A stretch of 64,000 nucleotides of DNA from Lachnospiraceae bacterium (GCA_024680815.1 JAILBQ010000111.1:8600-72599), one strand, 5' to 3'; numbered from the stretch's first letter, positions 35,258 to 45,383 are shown. Notes: generated by a model from the letters alone, not told the origin. Numbers and translations: made by a program.

Positions 35258-36787
35258 ATGGATAATAACCTTCTTCTCGAAATGAAACAGATCGACAAAC
35301 ATTTTACCGGCGTACACGCGCTGGATCAGGTCGATTTTGCGGTCAGAAAGGGAGAGATCCATGCGCTGATGGGAGAGAACGGAGCCGGAAAGTCAACCCT
35401 GGTTAAGGTTCTGACGGGACTCTACGGCAAAGATTCGGGGCAGATAATCTTTGACGGGGAGGAGCGCAGTTTCCCTACGCCTCAGGATTCCCAGAACGCC
35501 GGCATCAGCACTATCTATCAGGAAATCAACCTGATCCCGCATCTGTCCGTGGCGGAAAATATTTTCATCGGAAGGGAACCGAAAAATGTTTTCGGCATTG
35601 ACTGGAAGGCGGTGCGTTCCCAGGCCAGGCAGCTGCTTTTAGACAACGGAATTGATATCGACGTGACACAGGATCTGGCCACCTATTCCACCGCGATCCA
35701 GCAGATGGTTGCGATAACCAGAGCCATTTCTCAGAACGCGAAACTTTTGATTATGGACGAGCCCACATCTTCCCTGGCGGAGGATGAAATCCAGGTGATG
35801 TTTGAGAAAATGCGGGAGCTGGTGGCAAAGGGCATGTCCATTATTTTCATCAGCCACAAGCTGGACGAGGTTTATACGATCTGCGACAGGGCCACTATTC
35901 TTAAAGACGGAAAACTTGTGGGCAGTTACGATATAGACAAAATCTCCAGGCTGGAAATGGTTTCCAAAATGATCGGGCGGGACGCCAGCAACGTACTGAA
36001 GCGTTCCGTGGGTGAATATGAGGCGAAGGAAGGAACTGCGGCGCTGCTCCATACAAAGGATATCGACAACAGGGTTAAGCTTCACGGAATATCCATTGAT
36101 ATAAGGCCCGGCGAGATCGTGGGTGTGGCAGGGCTTTTAGGCGCGGGTAAAACGGAGTTTGCCAAGGTGGTATTCGGCTGCGACAACACCTATACCGGTG
36201 AGATTGAGGTGGAGGGAAAGCCCATCCGCATGAATACCCCCAAGGGTGCCATCGATCTGGGCTTTGCCTATTGCTCCGAGGACAGGAAGGTGGAGGGGAT
36301 CTTCCCGCACATGTCCGTAAAGGAGAATATGACCATTACGGCCCTTTCCAGAATTTCAAAATTCGGTGTGGTGGATACCCGGAAACAAAAGGAAATTGTG
36401 GATAAATACATCGATTCCATCCGTATCAAGACCCCGAGTCCGGATCAGCTGATCTGCAACCTTTCAGGCGGAAACCAGCAGAAGGTGCTCTTAGGGCGGT
36501 GGCTCTCCATGGATCCGAAGCTTATTATTCTGGACGAACCCACCCGCGGCATCGACGTGGGAGCGAAGGCGGAGATTGAGGCTCTTATCAAACAGTTCTC
36601 CGAAAACGGCATCAGCGTTCTTTATATTTCCTCAGAGCTGGAGGAGCTTATCAGAAACTGCTATCGTGTGGTGGTTATCCGAGACGGCATGAATTCCGGC
36701 GAGCTCACCGGAGAGGATATCACAGAGGCAAATATCATGAACTATATCGCAAAAAACATGAAGGAAACGGAGGAGGCTCATGGCTGA
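35258..36787 (+). CDS. Sugar ABC transporter ATP-binding protein (YtfR-like)
   Basis: GENGAGKST, MDEPTSSL, LSGGNQQKV, LDEPTRGIDVGAK. Confidence 0.96.
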   Translation: MDNNLLLEMKQIDKHFTGVHALDQVDFAVRKGEIHALMGENGAGKSTLVKVLTGLYGKDSGQIIFDGEERSFPTPQDSQNAGISTIYQEINLIPHLSVAENIFIGREPKNVFGIDWKAVRSQARQLLLDNGIDIDVTQDLATYSTAIQQMVAITRAISQNAKLLIMDEPTSSLAEDEIQVMFEKMRELVAKGMSIIFISHKLDEVYTICDRATILKDGKLVGSYDIDKISRLEMVSKMIGRDASNVLKRSVGEYEAKEGTAALLHTKDIDNRVKLHGISIDIRPGEIVGVAGLLGAGKTEFAKVVFGCDNTYTGEIEVEGKPIRMNTPKGAIDLGFAYCSEDRKVEGIFPHMSVKENMTITALSRISKFGVVDTRKQKEIVDKYIDSIRIKTPSPDQLICNLSGGNQQKVLLGRWLSMDPKLIILDEPTRGIDVGAKAEIEALIKQFSENGISVLYISSELEELIRNCYRVVVIRDGMNSGELTGEDITEANIMNYIAKNMKETEEAHG

Positions 36788-37763
36788 GGGAAGACAGAAG
36801 GCTCAGGTTTACAAAACCGTGCTTAACGAGCATTTGAAAAAGTTCGGTGCGGTATATGCATTCCTGCTCCTGATTATAATTAATGCGATATCCAACGAGA
36901 ACTTCCTGGCCATCAACACCATGTGGAACCTGCTTATACAGGCTTTCCCCATCATCATCACCTCTCTGGGCATGCTCTTTGTCATTTCCAGCGGCGGTAT
37001 CGATGTTTCCGTGGGATCGGTCATGGCTGTGGCCGGCGGTATGAACGCGGTTATTATGAACGGGATTTATCCGGCTTTCCCGCGAAGTATTTTTCTCGGT
37101 ATCGTGATGGCGCTTGTGGTATCGCTGATGTTCGGATTTTTTAACGGGTTCATGATTTCGGTCTTTAACATGCAGCCGATTATCGTGACGCTGACCACCT
37201 ATATCATAGCCAGAGGGCTGACGCAGCTCATCGCAAACGGCAAGATTCTTTCATTCTCCAATACGCCGTTTAACGCGGTGGGAGTTTTAAGGCTTCCCGG
37301 CAATGTCCCGATCCAGTTCATAATAGAAATACTGTTCGTGCTGATTACGGCCTTTGTGATAAAGAGGATGGTGTTCGGCTATCAGGTGCAGGCCATCGGT
37401 GAGAATCCTCAGGCGGCAAAGCTTTGCGGGATACAGACCACGAAGGTACAGATCATGGTATATATGATCAGTTCCTTTATTGCCGCTATCGCCGGACTCC
37501 TGGTTTCTTCCCGGACAAGCGCGGCTGATCCCACCAATCTGGGAGCGCTGGCGGAGATGGATGCCATCGCGGCCGTTGCCATCGGCGGCACCTCGATGTC
37601 GGGCGGCAAATCAAGGATTTTAACCACCGTCATCAGCGCGATGATCATCCAGCTTATCACGATAACCATCAACATGAATAATATCCACTATGCCTACGCC
37701 CGTATCATGAAGGGCCTGATTATTATCATAGCGGTATATATTCAGCAGGATAAAAAGCGCTAA
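36780..37763 (+). CDS. Sugar ABC transporter permease (YtfT-like)
   Basis: GGIDVSVGS, MQPIIVTL, AIGENPQAA, EMDAIAAVAIGGTSMSGG. Confidence 0.93.
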   Translation: MAEGRQKAQVYKTVLNEHLKKFGAVYAFLLLIIINAISNENFLAINTMWNLLIQAFPIIITSLGMLFVISSGGIDVSVGSVMAVAGGMNAVIMNGIYPAFPRSIFLGIVMALVVSLMFGFFNGFMISVFNMQPIIVTLTTYIIARGLTQLIANGKILSFSNTPFNAVGVLRLPGNVPIQFIIEILFVLITAFVIKRMVFGYQVQAIGENPQAAKLCGIQTTKVQIMVYMISSFIAAIAGLLVSSRTSAADPTNLGALAEMDAIAAVAIGGTSMSGGKSRILTTVISAMIIQLITITINMNNIHYAYARIMKGLIIIIAVYIQQDKKR

Positions 37764-37777
37764 GGGGGGACGGAAAA

Positions 37778-38731
37778 ATGACAGCCATAAAGAGATTTTT
37801 CTCAAAACAAAGTGCCCTCGCTGCGTTGATCGTGATTTTCATCATATCCCTGATGCTCTATCCTGTTTCACGCACCTGGACCAATATGTATAACCTGCTC
37901 CGGCAGAATTCCATGATCGGTCTGATTGCCGTGGCGATGACCATGGTTATCTTAACCGGCGGCATCGATCTTTCGGTCGGCGCGGTCTGTTCGATGATCA
38001 CCGTTATTTCTGCATACCTGAGCATAACGGAAAATCCGGTGATTATCCTCCTGCTTCCGCTGATAATCGGAACTCTGTTCGGCTTTGTGAACGGCTTTGT
38101 CGTCGCCAAGATGAGAGTGGCGCCGATTATATCATCCCTGGGCATACAGCTTATTGCCAGGGGAATTTCGCTGGTTATGACCAGCGGTGAGACCATGCAT
38201 ATTTCGGGCAGCGCGAAGCAATGGCTTCCCCAGATCGCAAAGATCAAGGTGGGACCGCTTCCTCTTATTTTCCTGGTCTTTCTCGTGTTTGCGCTTATCT
38301 TTATTTATATTCTTAAGTTCAGGAAATTCGGCCGTCAGATTTACGCGGTGGGCGGAAATGAGGATGCGGCACAGATGATGGGAATCCGCGTGGATCGCAT
38401 AAAAATCGCGGTGTACACCATTTCCGGCTTCGCCTCGGCGCTGGCGGGACTCATCCTGGTTTCCAGGGCCGGTACCGGGCAGCCCGTGGCCTGCGACGGC
38501 TGGGAGATGGACGCCATTGCCTCAGTGGCCATCGGCGGAACAAGCCTGGCGGGCGGCTCAGGCAATATTGAAACGACAATTTACGGTGTGTTTATTCTTG
38601 CCATTATCGGAAATATGATAAATCTTCAGGGGAATATCAATTCCTGGTGGCAGCAGATTATTACCGGACTGCTTCTTATAGTGGTGCTTATGCTTCAGGT
38701 AATTCCGTCCTGGAGAAAGAGCAGGGCATAG
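37778..38731 (+). CDS. Sugar ABC transporter permease (YjfF-like)
   Basis: TGGIDLSVG, YAVGGNEDAAQMMG, WEMDAIASVAIGGTSLAGG. Confidence 0.93.
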   Translation: MTAIKRFFSKQSALAALIVIFIISLMLYPVSRTWTNMYNLLRQNSMIGLIAVAMTMVILTGGIDLSVGAVCSMITVISAYLSITENPVIILLLPLIIGTLFGFVNGFVVAKMRVAPIISSLGIQLIARGISLVMTSGETMHISGSAKQWLPQIAKIKVGPLPLIFLVFLVFALIFIYILKFRKFGRQIYAVGGNEDAAQMMGIRVDRIKIAVYTISGFASALAGLILVSRAGTGQPVACDGWEMDAIASVAIGGTSLAGGSGNIETTIYGVFILAIIGNMINLQGNINSWWQQIITGLLLIVVLMLQVIPSWRKSRA

Positions 38732-38742
38732 GATTAAGTAAA

Positions 38743-39891
38743 ATGAAATTATTATTTGCTTCGGATTCCTTTAAAGGAGGCCTTACAAGCCGGCAGACGA
38801 TCGAGCTTCTGACAAAGGCCGCGCACGAGGTTTTCGGTGATTGCGAAACCGGCGGTGTTCCGGTGGCGGATGGCGGAGAGGGAACGGTTGACGCCGTTAT
38901 TGGAGCGGAAAACGGAGATATTATCCGCTGTGAAGTGCACGGGCCTCTTATGGAAAAAATTGAAGCCCGTTACGGGGTTTTCGGAGGAGACCAGGCGGTT
39001 ATCGAGATGTCCGCCTCTTCCGGCCTTCCTCTTGTCCCGCTTAAAGACCGCAATCCGATGTACACCTCGACCGTGGGCACCGGAGAGCTGATAAAGGATG
39101 CCCTGGACAAAGGATACCGGAAGCTTGCCGTCGCCATCGGAGGTTCGGCTACCAATGACGGCGGTATGGGCTGCGCCCGCGCTCTGGGTGTGCGCTTTCT
39201 GGACAAGGACGGCAGGGAGCTTGAGGGTTGCGGAAGAGACCTTATCAATGTGCGTTCGATAGACCTCTCCGGCCTCGACGGACGCGTAAAGGAAAGTGAA
39301 ATCACCGTTATGTGCGATGTCACGAATCCCCTTTGCGGCCCTGACGGCGCAACATGGACTTTCGGCGCACAGAAGGGCGCCACGCCTGAAATCCAGGAGC
39401 AGCTCGAAGAGGGGATGTGCAATTACCGGGATGTGATAAAAGCTTCTTTCGGGGTTGATTGCGACGCTTTGCAGGGGGCCGGTGCAGCCGGGGGACTTGG
39501 TGCGGCTTTATCGGTTTTTTTCGGTGGAAGGATGAAATCCGGTATTGATACGGTGCTTGATCTGATACACTTCGATGAGCGTCTTGAAGGCGTTGACCTG
39601 GTTGTTACCGGCGAGGGCAGAACCGACTGGCAGAGCTGCTTCGGAAAGGTTATGCGGGGAGTCGGAGAGAGGGCTAAGGCAAAAGGGATTCCGGTACTCG
39701 GTCTTTCCGGTTCGCTGGGGAAAGGCGCGATGGATATCTGCAAATACGGGGTTTCATCCCTGATGGTCACGGTCAATACCCAGATGACCCTGGAGGAGGC
39801 GATTGAGAAGGGAGAGGATCTGTATTACGAGGCCGCGGTCCGGATGTTCCTCTTTGTCAGAACCGGAATGGGGATGAAGCATATCTTGTAG
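38743..39891 (+). CDS. glxK: Glycerate kinase (GlxK/GarK family)
   Basis: ASDSFKG, PVADGGEGT, IGGSATNDGG, GAGAAGGLG, TGEGRTD; ATG 38743. Confidence 0.95.
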   Translation: MKLLFASDSFKGGLTSRQTIELLTKAAHEVFGDCETGGVPVADGGEGTVDAVIGAENGDIIRCEVHGPLMEKIEARYGVFGGDQAVIEMSASSGLPLVPLKDRNPMYTSTVGTGELIKDALDKGYRKLAVAIGGSATNDGGMGCARALGVRFLDKDGRELEGCGRDLINVRSIDLSGLDGRVKESEITVMCDVTNPLCGPDGATWTFGAQKGATPEIQEQLEEGMCNYRDVIKASFGVDCDALQGAGAAGGLGAALSVFFGGRMKSGIDTVLDLIHFDERLEGVDLVVTGEGRTDWQSCFGKVMRGVGERAKAKGIPVLGLSGSLGKGAMDICKYGVSSLMVTVNTQMTLEEAIEKGEDLYYEAAVRMFLFVRTGMGMKHIL

Positions 39892-39930
39892 GTCACTCAA
39901 GGTAACATAACTAAATATGGGTTTTAACTG

Positions 39931-39958
39931 AAAAGGCGGAGTTTATCCGTCTTTTTTT
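39931..39958 (+). terminator. Intrinsic terminator ending the catabolic island
   Basis: AAAAGGCGGA-GTTTA-TCCGTC-T7. Confidence 0.85.
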
Positions 39959-39991
39959 GTGCCTTTTTTCTGCCATTTTTCTAAAAAACTA

Positions 39992-40073
39992 TTGCTTTAC
40001 ATAAAAAAATAGGTTAAAATGGGCACCAAGTGGTGAAAAGTGTCGAAAAGTGACACGAAGTGGTGGAAAAGGG
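39992..40073 (+). promoter_or_regulatory. dcw promoter and MraZ-box direct repeats
   Basis: TTGCTT(39992)-17-TAAAAT(40015); AAGTG at 40028, 40038, 40048 and 40058 (10-bp period), as expected for MraZ autoregulation. Confidence 0.8.
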
Positions 40074-40081
40074 TAAAGAGC

Positions 40082-40510
40082 ATGTACATGGGGCAGTATT
40101 CTCATTCGATCGACGCGAAGGGAAGGATAATCATTCCCTCCCGGTTCCGCGAACAGCTCGGTGAGAAATTCAATATCATAAAAGGTTATGATGCCTGTCT
40201 TTATGCCATGGATCAGGAGACCTATCAGGCGCGCTTTGCGGAAATCTGCGCCCTTCCTGACTCTCTGCCCGACGCCAGGGCCATCAAGCGTTATTTTTTC
40301 CAGGGCTCGATGGAGGCGGAATATGATAAGCAGGGCCGCGTGCTGATTTCCCAGGAACTGCGGAACCATGCAGGGCTTTCCAAGGACGTGATCCTTGTGG
40401 GCGCGGGCGACAAGGTGGAAATCTGGAGCGCCGAAAACTACGGCGAGGCCGTCCCCGACAATATCGAAGAAATTGCAAAACGCTTAAACGACCTGGGTTA
40501 CAAGATTTAA
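40082..40510 (+). CDS. mraZ: Transcriptional regulator MraZ
   Basis: MYMGQYSHSIDAKGRIIIPSRFR, DKQGRVLI, GAGDKVEIW. Confidence 0.97.
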   Translation: MYMGQYSHSIDAKGRIIIPSRFREQLGEKFNIIKGYDACLYAMDQETYQARFAEICALPDSLPDARAIKRYFFQGSMEAEYDKQGRVLISQELRNHAGLSKDVILVGAGDKVEIWSAENYGEAVPDNIEEIAKRLNDLGYKI

Positions 40511-40511
40511 G

Positions 40512-41462
40512 ATGGAATTCAGTCATGTTCCGGTTCTGCTCCGGGAAACCATCAGGCTGCTTAATATCCGCTCTGACGGAATATATCTGGACGCGACTGT
40601 GGGAGGCGGAGGTCATTCCTTTGAAATTGCTTCCCGCTTAAACGCCGGAGAGGGCGGAAGGCTCATATGTCTCGATCAGGACAGGGAGGCAGTGGAAGCT
40701 GCGGCGAAGCGTCTTGAGCCCTTTGGCGGCATGGTAACGCTGATACACGATAATTTCGGAAATATGGGAAAGCAAATGTCAGGGCTGGGTATATCCGCCC
40801 TTGACGGAATATTGATGGATCTCGGCGTCTCCTCCTTTCAGTTGGATTATGCCGAACGGGGATTCTCCTACCTGGATAGCGCACCTCTTGACATGAGAAT
40901 GAACAGGGAGAATCCCCTAACGGCAAAGGAGATCGTAAATACTTACGAAAAGGAAGAGCTCGAGAGAATATTCAGGGAATACGGGGAAGAACGCTTTGCC
41001 GGACGGATTGCCGGTGAAATTGTAAAAAGGCGGAGCGGGAAGCCGGTTACGGATACAATCGAGCTGAGGGACATTGTGGAGGAGGCAATTCCGGGAAGGG
41101 TCAGGAGAAGCGAACATCATCCCGCGAAACGTGTCTTTCAGGCTCTCAGGATCGAGGTCAATAATGAACTCGGAATATTGACGGACGTTCTGGACGAAGC
41201 GGTGGAGCTTTTAAAACCCGGAGGGAGACTGGCGATAATTACGTTCCACTCGCTGGAGGACAGAATCGTGAAGCAGGGAATGAAGCGGAACGAATTACCC
41301 TGTATCTGTCCGAAGGAATTTCCGGTCTGCACCTGCGGAAGAGTAAGCAGAGGCAAGGTTGTCACAAGAAAGCCGGTCACGGCGGGAGAAGAGGAATTAA
41401 ACAGCAATCCGCGTTCAAGGAGCGCGAAGCTCAGAGTGTTTGAGAAAAACGGAAACAGCTGA
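40512..41462 (+). CDS. rsmH: 16S rRNA m4C1402 methyltransferase
   Basis: HVPVLL, DATVGGGGHS, DLGVSSFQLD, RGFSY, FQALRIEVN, FHSLEDRIVK, NPRSRSAKLR. Confidence 0.98.
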   Translation: MEFSHVPVLLRETIRLLNIRSDGIYLDATVGGGGHSFEIASRLNAGEGGRLICLDQDREAVEAAAKRLEPFGGMVTLIHDNFGNMGKQMSGLGISALDGILMDLGVSSFQLDYAERGFSYLDSAPLDMRMNRENPLTAKEIVNTYEKEELERIFREYGEERFAGRIAGEIVKRRSGKPVTDTIELRDIVEEAIPGRVRRSEHHPAKRVFQALRIEVNNELGILTDVLDEAVELLKPGGRLAIITFHSLEDRIVKQGMKRNELPCICPKEFPVCTCGRVSRGKVVTRKPVTAGEEELNSNPRSRSAKLRVFEKNGNS

Positions 41463-41479
41463 GCAGCAGGGGGGAAGCA

Positions 41480-42007
41480 ATGCGTACGGGAAGCAGAGGA
41501 AGAACTTATTCATCCAGGAGAGTTGCCGGCGGCGGAAAGCGTTATTACACCGAGACCGAATACTATATCACTGACGGAAGCGCTGTCCGTATTTCCGTTC
41601 CGGACTATTATGAGCAGTCGATGCCCGGACTTTCGAGGCGGCCTTCGATTACGGTTGCGAAAAACCGCGCGAAAGCTGCGCATATGAATCCGGGCTATAT
41701 ACTGTTTTTATGCCTGGCTTTGTTTATCTGCGCCGCGGCGGCCATAGCGTATGTGAATCTGCGTTCCGAAAACACCGCTCTGATGAAGCAGGCGACAAAG
41801 CTTGAAGGAACATATAACGAGATGAAGCAGTCCAACGACGAAGAATTTAACCGGATAAAGGCCTCAATAAACATGGAAGAGATAAAGCGGATTGCCATGG
41901 AGGAGCTCGGAATGAGATATCCCGACGAGGAGCAGGTGGTGGATATATCGGGAAAGAGCGAGGACTACGTCAGGCAGTACAGGAAGATTCCCGAGGCGGA
42001 AAAATAA
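41480..42007 (+). CDS. ftsL: Cell division protein FtsL-like
   Basis: Position between rsmH and the PBP; single TM, coiled coil, IKRIAMEELGM. Confidence 0.75.
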   Translation: MRTGSRGRTYSSRRVAGGGKRYYTETEYYITDGSAVRISVPDYYEQSMPGLSRRPSITVAKNRAKAAHMNPGYILFLCLALFICAAAAIAYVNLRSENTALMKQATKLEGTYNEMKQSNDEEFNRIKASINMEEIKRIAMEELGMRYPDEEQVVDISGKSEDYVRQYRKIPEAEK

Positions 42008-42026
42008 AGGATTTCGGAGAAGCGTT

Positions 42027-44342
42027 TTGACAAAGCCCCGGCAAAAAAGAAAAATCCGGATTCCGGGAAAATTCAAATCATTTATGCAAAAAAAGCTGGT
42101 AGTGCTCTTTGTGTTTGTACTGCTGGCTTTTGTCGCGCTTTCCTGGAGACTGGTTCATATAAGCCAGGATAACGGGGAAAGCTATAAAAAAAGGGTGCTT
42201 TCCCAGCAGGTACAGGATTCCCGTGTGCTGCCTTTTAAGCGGGGGGAAATTCTTGACCGCAAGGGCTCAAAGCTGGCCTATTCGGAAAAGGTGTATAATC
42301 TGGTAGTGGATTCCAAAATGCTTCTTGCCGACGACGGAAATCATGTGGAACCCACTTTTGATGCCATTCATAAGTGTTTTCCGGAGGTCAATACGGATGA
42401 AATCCGCTCCTTTGCCGAGGCCAGCCCTTCATCCCGATACAGGGTGTTCGCAAAAAATCTTACCTGGGACGAGATGGATGCCTTTGAAAAACTGCGTAAA
42501 AAGTCGGTTTCTTCAGGGAATGCCTCAAAAAAGAGCGTTTCTTCGGGAAGCGCCTCATCGAAGAAAACCATTCAGGGAGTATGGTTTGAGGATGCGTATC
42601 TGCGCCGCTATCCCTTCGGAACCCTCGGGTGCAACCTTCTTGGTTTCGTGAACGGGGAAAACCTGGGGAATTACGGGCTAGAGGGCTATTACAATACGAC
42701 CCTGGACGGAGTGAACGGGCGGCAGTACGGCTATTTAAACGAAGATTCCATAGCCGAAAGCACGATGAAGATTGCCGAGGACGGCGATACTCTTATAACT
42801 ACCATAGACACAAACATCCAGACTATCGTTGAGAAACACATCAAGCGCTTCATGGATGAGCATAAAAACGCTTACCGTGAAGGGGCGGCCTGTGAAAATA
42901 TCGGTGTCATTGTCATGAATCCGAAAAACGGCGAAATCTATGCCATGGCGACCTACCCGGTATTTGATCCGAATGATCCGCTGAATGAGGATGTGCTTTC
43001 GGAGGTGGATGTTTCCAAATTTCTTCCTAAGGCATATCAGGAGGGCGGGGTTTCCGGAAACGCTGTGAGCGGAAATCAGGCCTATGATGAAGCCTGGCAG
43101 AAGGCGAAGAGCGACGCTCTCGGAAGCGTCTGGAGAAATTTCTGCATCTCCGATTCCTATGAGCCGGGCTCGGTTATGAAGCCCTTTACCGTGGCGGGAG
43201 CGCTGGACTCCGGAAAAATCACGGGGGAGGAGACCTATAACTGCGGCGGCTATCTCGAGGTCGGGGACTATCAGATCCACTGTCACAACAGGCTCGGTGA
43301 CGGGCTTCTGACGGTAAAGCAGGGAGTCGCGAAGTCCTGCAACGTTGTGCTGATGAATATAGCCTTTGCTATGGGAAAAGAGGAGTGGCTCCGGTATAAC
43401 CGGATTTTCAACTTCGGGCTTAAAACGAATATAGATCTCTACGGGGAGAGCAACGCGGGGAGCCTGACCTTCGACGAATCCATGGGAACGACGGATCTTG
43501 CGGTGGCTTCCTTCGGACAGGGCTTTAATGTTACAATGATTCAGATGGCCACGGGCTTTTCCGCCCTGGTTAACGGGGGTTACTATTATCAGCCCAGAGT
43601 GGTCAGCGAGATCAAAAACGCCGACGGGGCGGTGGTGGAGGAAAAACACGCCAGACTGGTAAAACAGGTAATCAGCGAAGCAACAAGCGCAAAAATGCGG
43701 GATTACCTGAAGGCGGTGGTGATGAGTGATCCTTCCGAATGTACAGGGTGGTCCGCGAGACCCGCAGGCTACAGCGAGGGAGGAAAGACCGGAACGGCCG
43801 AGATGTATCCCAGAGACGGCATCAACTACCTTATTTCGTTCATGGGCTATGTTCCGGCGGATGACCCGGAGGTGCTGTGCTATGTCGTTATAGACCGGCC
43901 CAATACGGCCCTGCAGGGTGAATCCACAAGACTTGCGACCGTGCTCAACAAGGAAATCATGACGGAGGTGCTTCCGTATCTGAATATATTCATGACTGAA
44001 GAGCTGACGGATGAAGAGCGGGAGGAGCTTTCAAAGCAGGAGAGCATGTTTGCTTCGGGAATAAGCGAAAACTCCGCCGGAGAAGGCGAAGCCGGGGAGG
44101 AGGCTCCCGCTGAGGACGGGGATGAGGATGCAATCGTCATAGAGGAAGAACCGCCGAGGACTGACAGCGGCGGAAACATCATAGGAGAGAACGAGATTCT
44201 CTATGATCCCGAGACGGGATATCCGCTGGATCCGGCAACGGGAGAGGTTCTGGATCCGGAGACGCTTCAGCCGGTAAATCCTTCATCGGATTTGCCGGAG
44301 GTGAAACTTTTCGGGGAATTTCCCGAGGGAGAGAATCCTTAA
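42027..44342 (+). CDS. ftsI: Class B penicillin-binding protein (FtsI/PbpB-type)
   Basis: KRGEILDRKG, RRYPFG, GLEGYYN; SxxK (SVMK), SxN (SCN), KTGT; acidic tail with DPETG repeats. Confidence 0.9.
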   Translation: MTKPRQKRKIRIPGKFKSFMQKKLVVLFVFVLLAFVALSWRLVHISQDNGESYKKRVLSQQVQDSRVLPFKRGEILDRKGSKLAYSEKVYNLVVDSKMLLADDGNHVEPTFDAIHKCFPEVNTDEIRSFAEASPSSRYRVFAKNLTWDEMDAFEKLRKKSVSSGNASKKSVSSGSASSKKTIQGVWFEDAYLRRYPFGTLGCNLLGFVNGENLGNYGLEGYYNTTLDGVNGRQYGYLNEDSIAESTMKIAEDGDTLITTIDTNIQTIVEKHIKRFMDEHKNAYREGAACENIGVIVMNPKNGEIYAMATYPVFDPNDPLNEDVLSEVDVSKFLPKAYQEGGVSGNAVSGNQAYDEAWQKAKSDALGSVWRNFCISDSYEPGSVMKPFTVAGALDSGKITGEETYNCGGYLEVGDYQIHCHNRLGDGLLTVKQGVAKSCNVVLMNIAFAMGKEEWLRYNRIFNFGLKTNIDLYGESNAGSLTFDESMGTTDLAVASFGQGFNVTMIQMATGFSALVNGGYYYQPRVVSEIKNADGAVVEEKHARLVKQVISEATSAKMRDYLKAVVMSDPSECTGWSARPAGYSEGGKTGTAEMYPRDGINYLISFMGYVPADDPEVLCYVVIDRPNTALQGESTRLATVLNKEIMTEVLPYLNIFMTEELTDEEREELSKQESMFASGISENSAGEGEAGEEAPAEDGDEDAIVIEEEPPRTDSGGNIIGENEILYDPETGYPLDPATGEVLDPETLQPVNPSSDLPEVKLFGEFPEGENP
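42498..42557 (+). repeat. Imperfect 30-bp tandem duplication encoding KKSVSSGNAS/KKSVSSGSAS
   Basis: Read directly from the DNA. Confidence 0.9.
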
Positions 44343-44369
44343 AACCAGGGAGAAAGGGGGCGAAATATC

Positions 44370-45347
44370 ATGGCAATGAGCGTGGTGGTTTCGATTATAG
44401 CGGCATTTGTGATTTCCGCGCTGAGCGGTCTTGTCGTTCTGCCGTTTTTAAGAAGGCTGCATGCGGCACAGACCGAACGCGAGGACGGCCCTGCGACACA
44501 TCTTAAAAAAACGGGAACTCCGACTATGGGCGGCTTTATATTCCTTATCGGCTTTCTCGTTGTTTCCACCTTTTATTCCATCACGAACCGGGCAATCATT
44601 CCGGTAATTATCGCGACCATGGGCTTCGGCTTTGTGGGATTTCTGGATGATTACATAAAGGTTGTGAAAAAGCGTTCCCTGGGGCTTAAGGCCTGGCAGA
44701 AAATAGTTCTTCAGCTGCTGGTTACGGCAGCGCTTCTGTGGTATATAGCCTCCTTCACCTCGGTGTCCTTTGATATGGCTGTGCCCTTTTCGGCGATGTT
44801 TTCTCCGGACGGAAACAGCATATACGTGAATTTCGGATTTTTCACCATACCCTTCCTGGTGCTGGTTATTCTGGGAACGGTTAACGGGGCGAATTTAACC
44901 GACGGTCTGGACGGGCTTTTAGGCAGCGTGACAACTGTTGTCGCTCTCTTTATCGTTGCGGCCTCCCTGAAGCTGGGCATACATATCGCCCCTGCGGGAG
45001 GGGCTATGGCCGGGGCTTTGATCGGCTTTCTTCTTTACAACTGGCATCCGGCGAAGGTATTTATGGGAGATACGGGATCTCTCGCACTTGGAGGCTTTGT
45101 GGTTTCCTCAATGATTATGATGAAGATGTCGATTTTTATCATAATAGTATGCTTTGTTTACTTTGCGGAATCCCTTTCCGACATCATTCAGGTTCTGTAT
45201 TTTAAGGCGACCGGCGGGAAACGGTTTTTCCGCATGGCACCGCTCCATCATCATTTTGAGCTGGGAGGCTGGAGCGAGATCAGGGTGGTTCGGGTGTTTG
45301 TGCTTGTAACGGTTTTTCTCTGCGTGTTATCCTTCTGGATTCTGTGA
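44370..45347 (+). CDS. mraY: Phospho-N-acetylmuramoyl-pentapeptide transferase
   Basis: GTPTMGG, LDDYIK, NLTDGLDG, FMGDTGS, APLHHHFEL. Confidence 0.98.
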   Translation: MAMSVVVSIIAAFVISALSGLVVLPFLRRLHAAQTEREDGPATHLKKTGTPTMGGFIFLIGFLVVSTFYSITNRAIIPVIIATMGFGFVGFLDDYIKVVKKRSLGLKAWQKIVLQLLVTAALLWYIASFTSVSFDMAVPFSAMFSPDGNSIYVNFGFFTIPFLVLVILGTVNGANLTDGLDGLLGSVTTVVALFIVAASLKLGIHIAPAGGAMAGALIGFLLYNWHPAKVFMGDTGSLALGGFVVSSMIMMKMSIFIIIVCFVYFAESLSDIIQVLYFKATGGKRFFRMAPLHHHFELGGWSEIRVVRVFVLVTVFLCVLSFWIL

Positions 45348-45383
45348 TTTTTTTGATGATTATTTTTTAAAGAGGCGTTTGAA

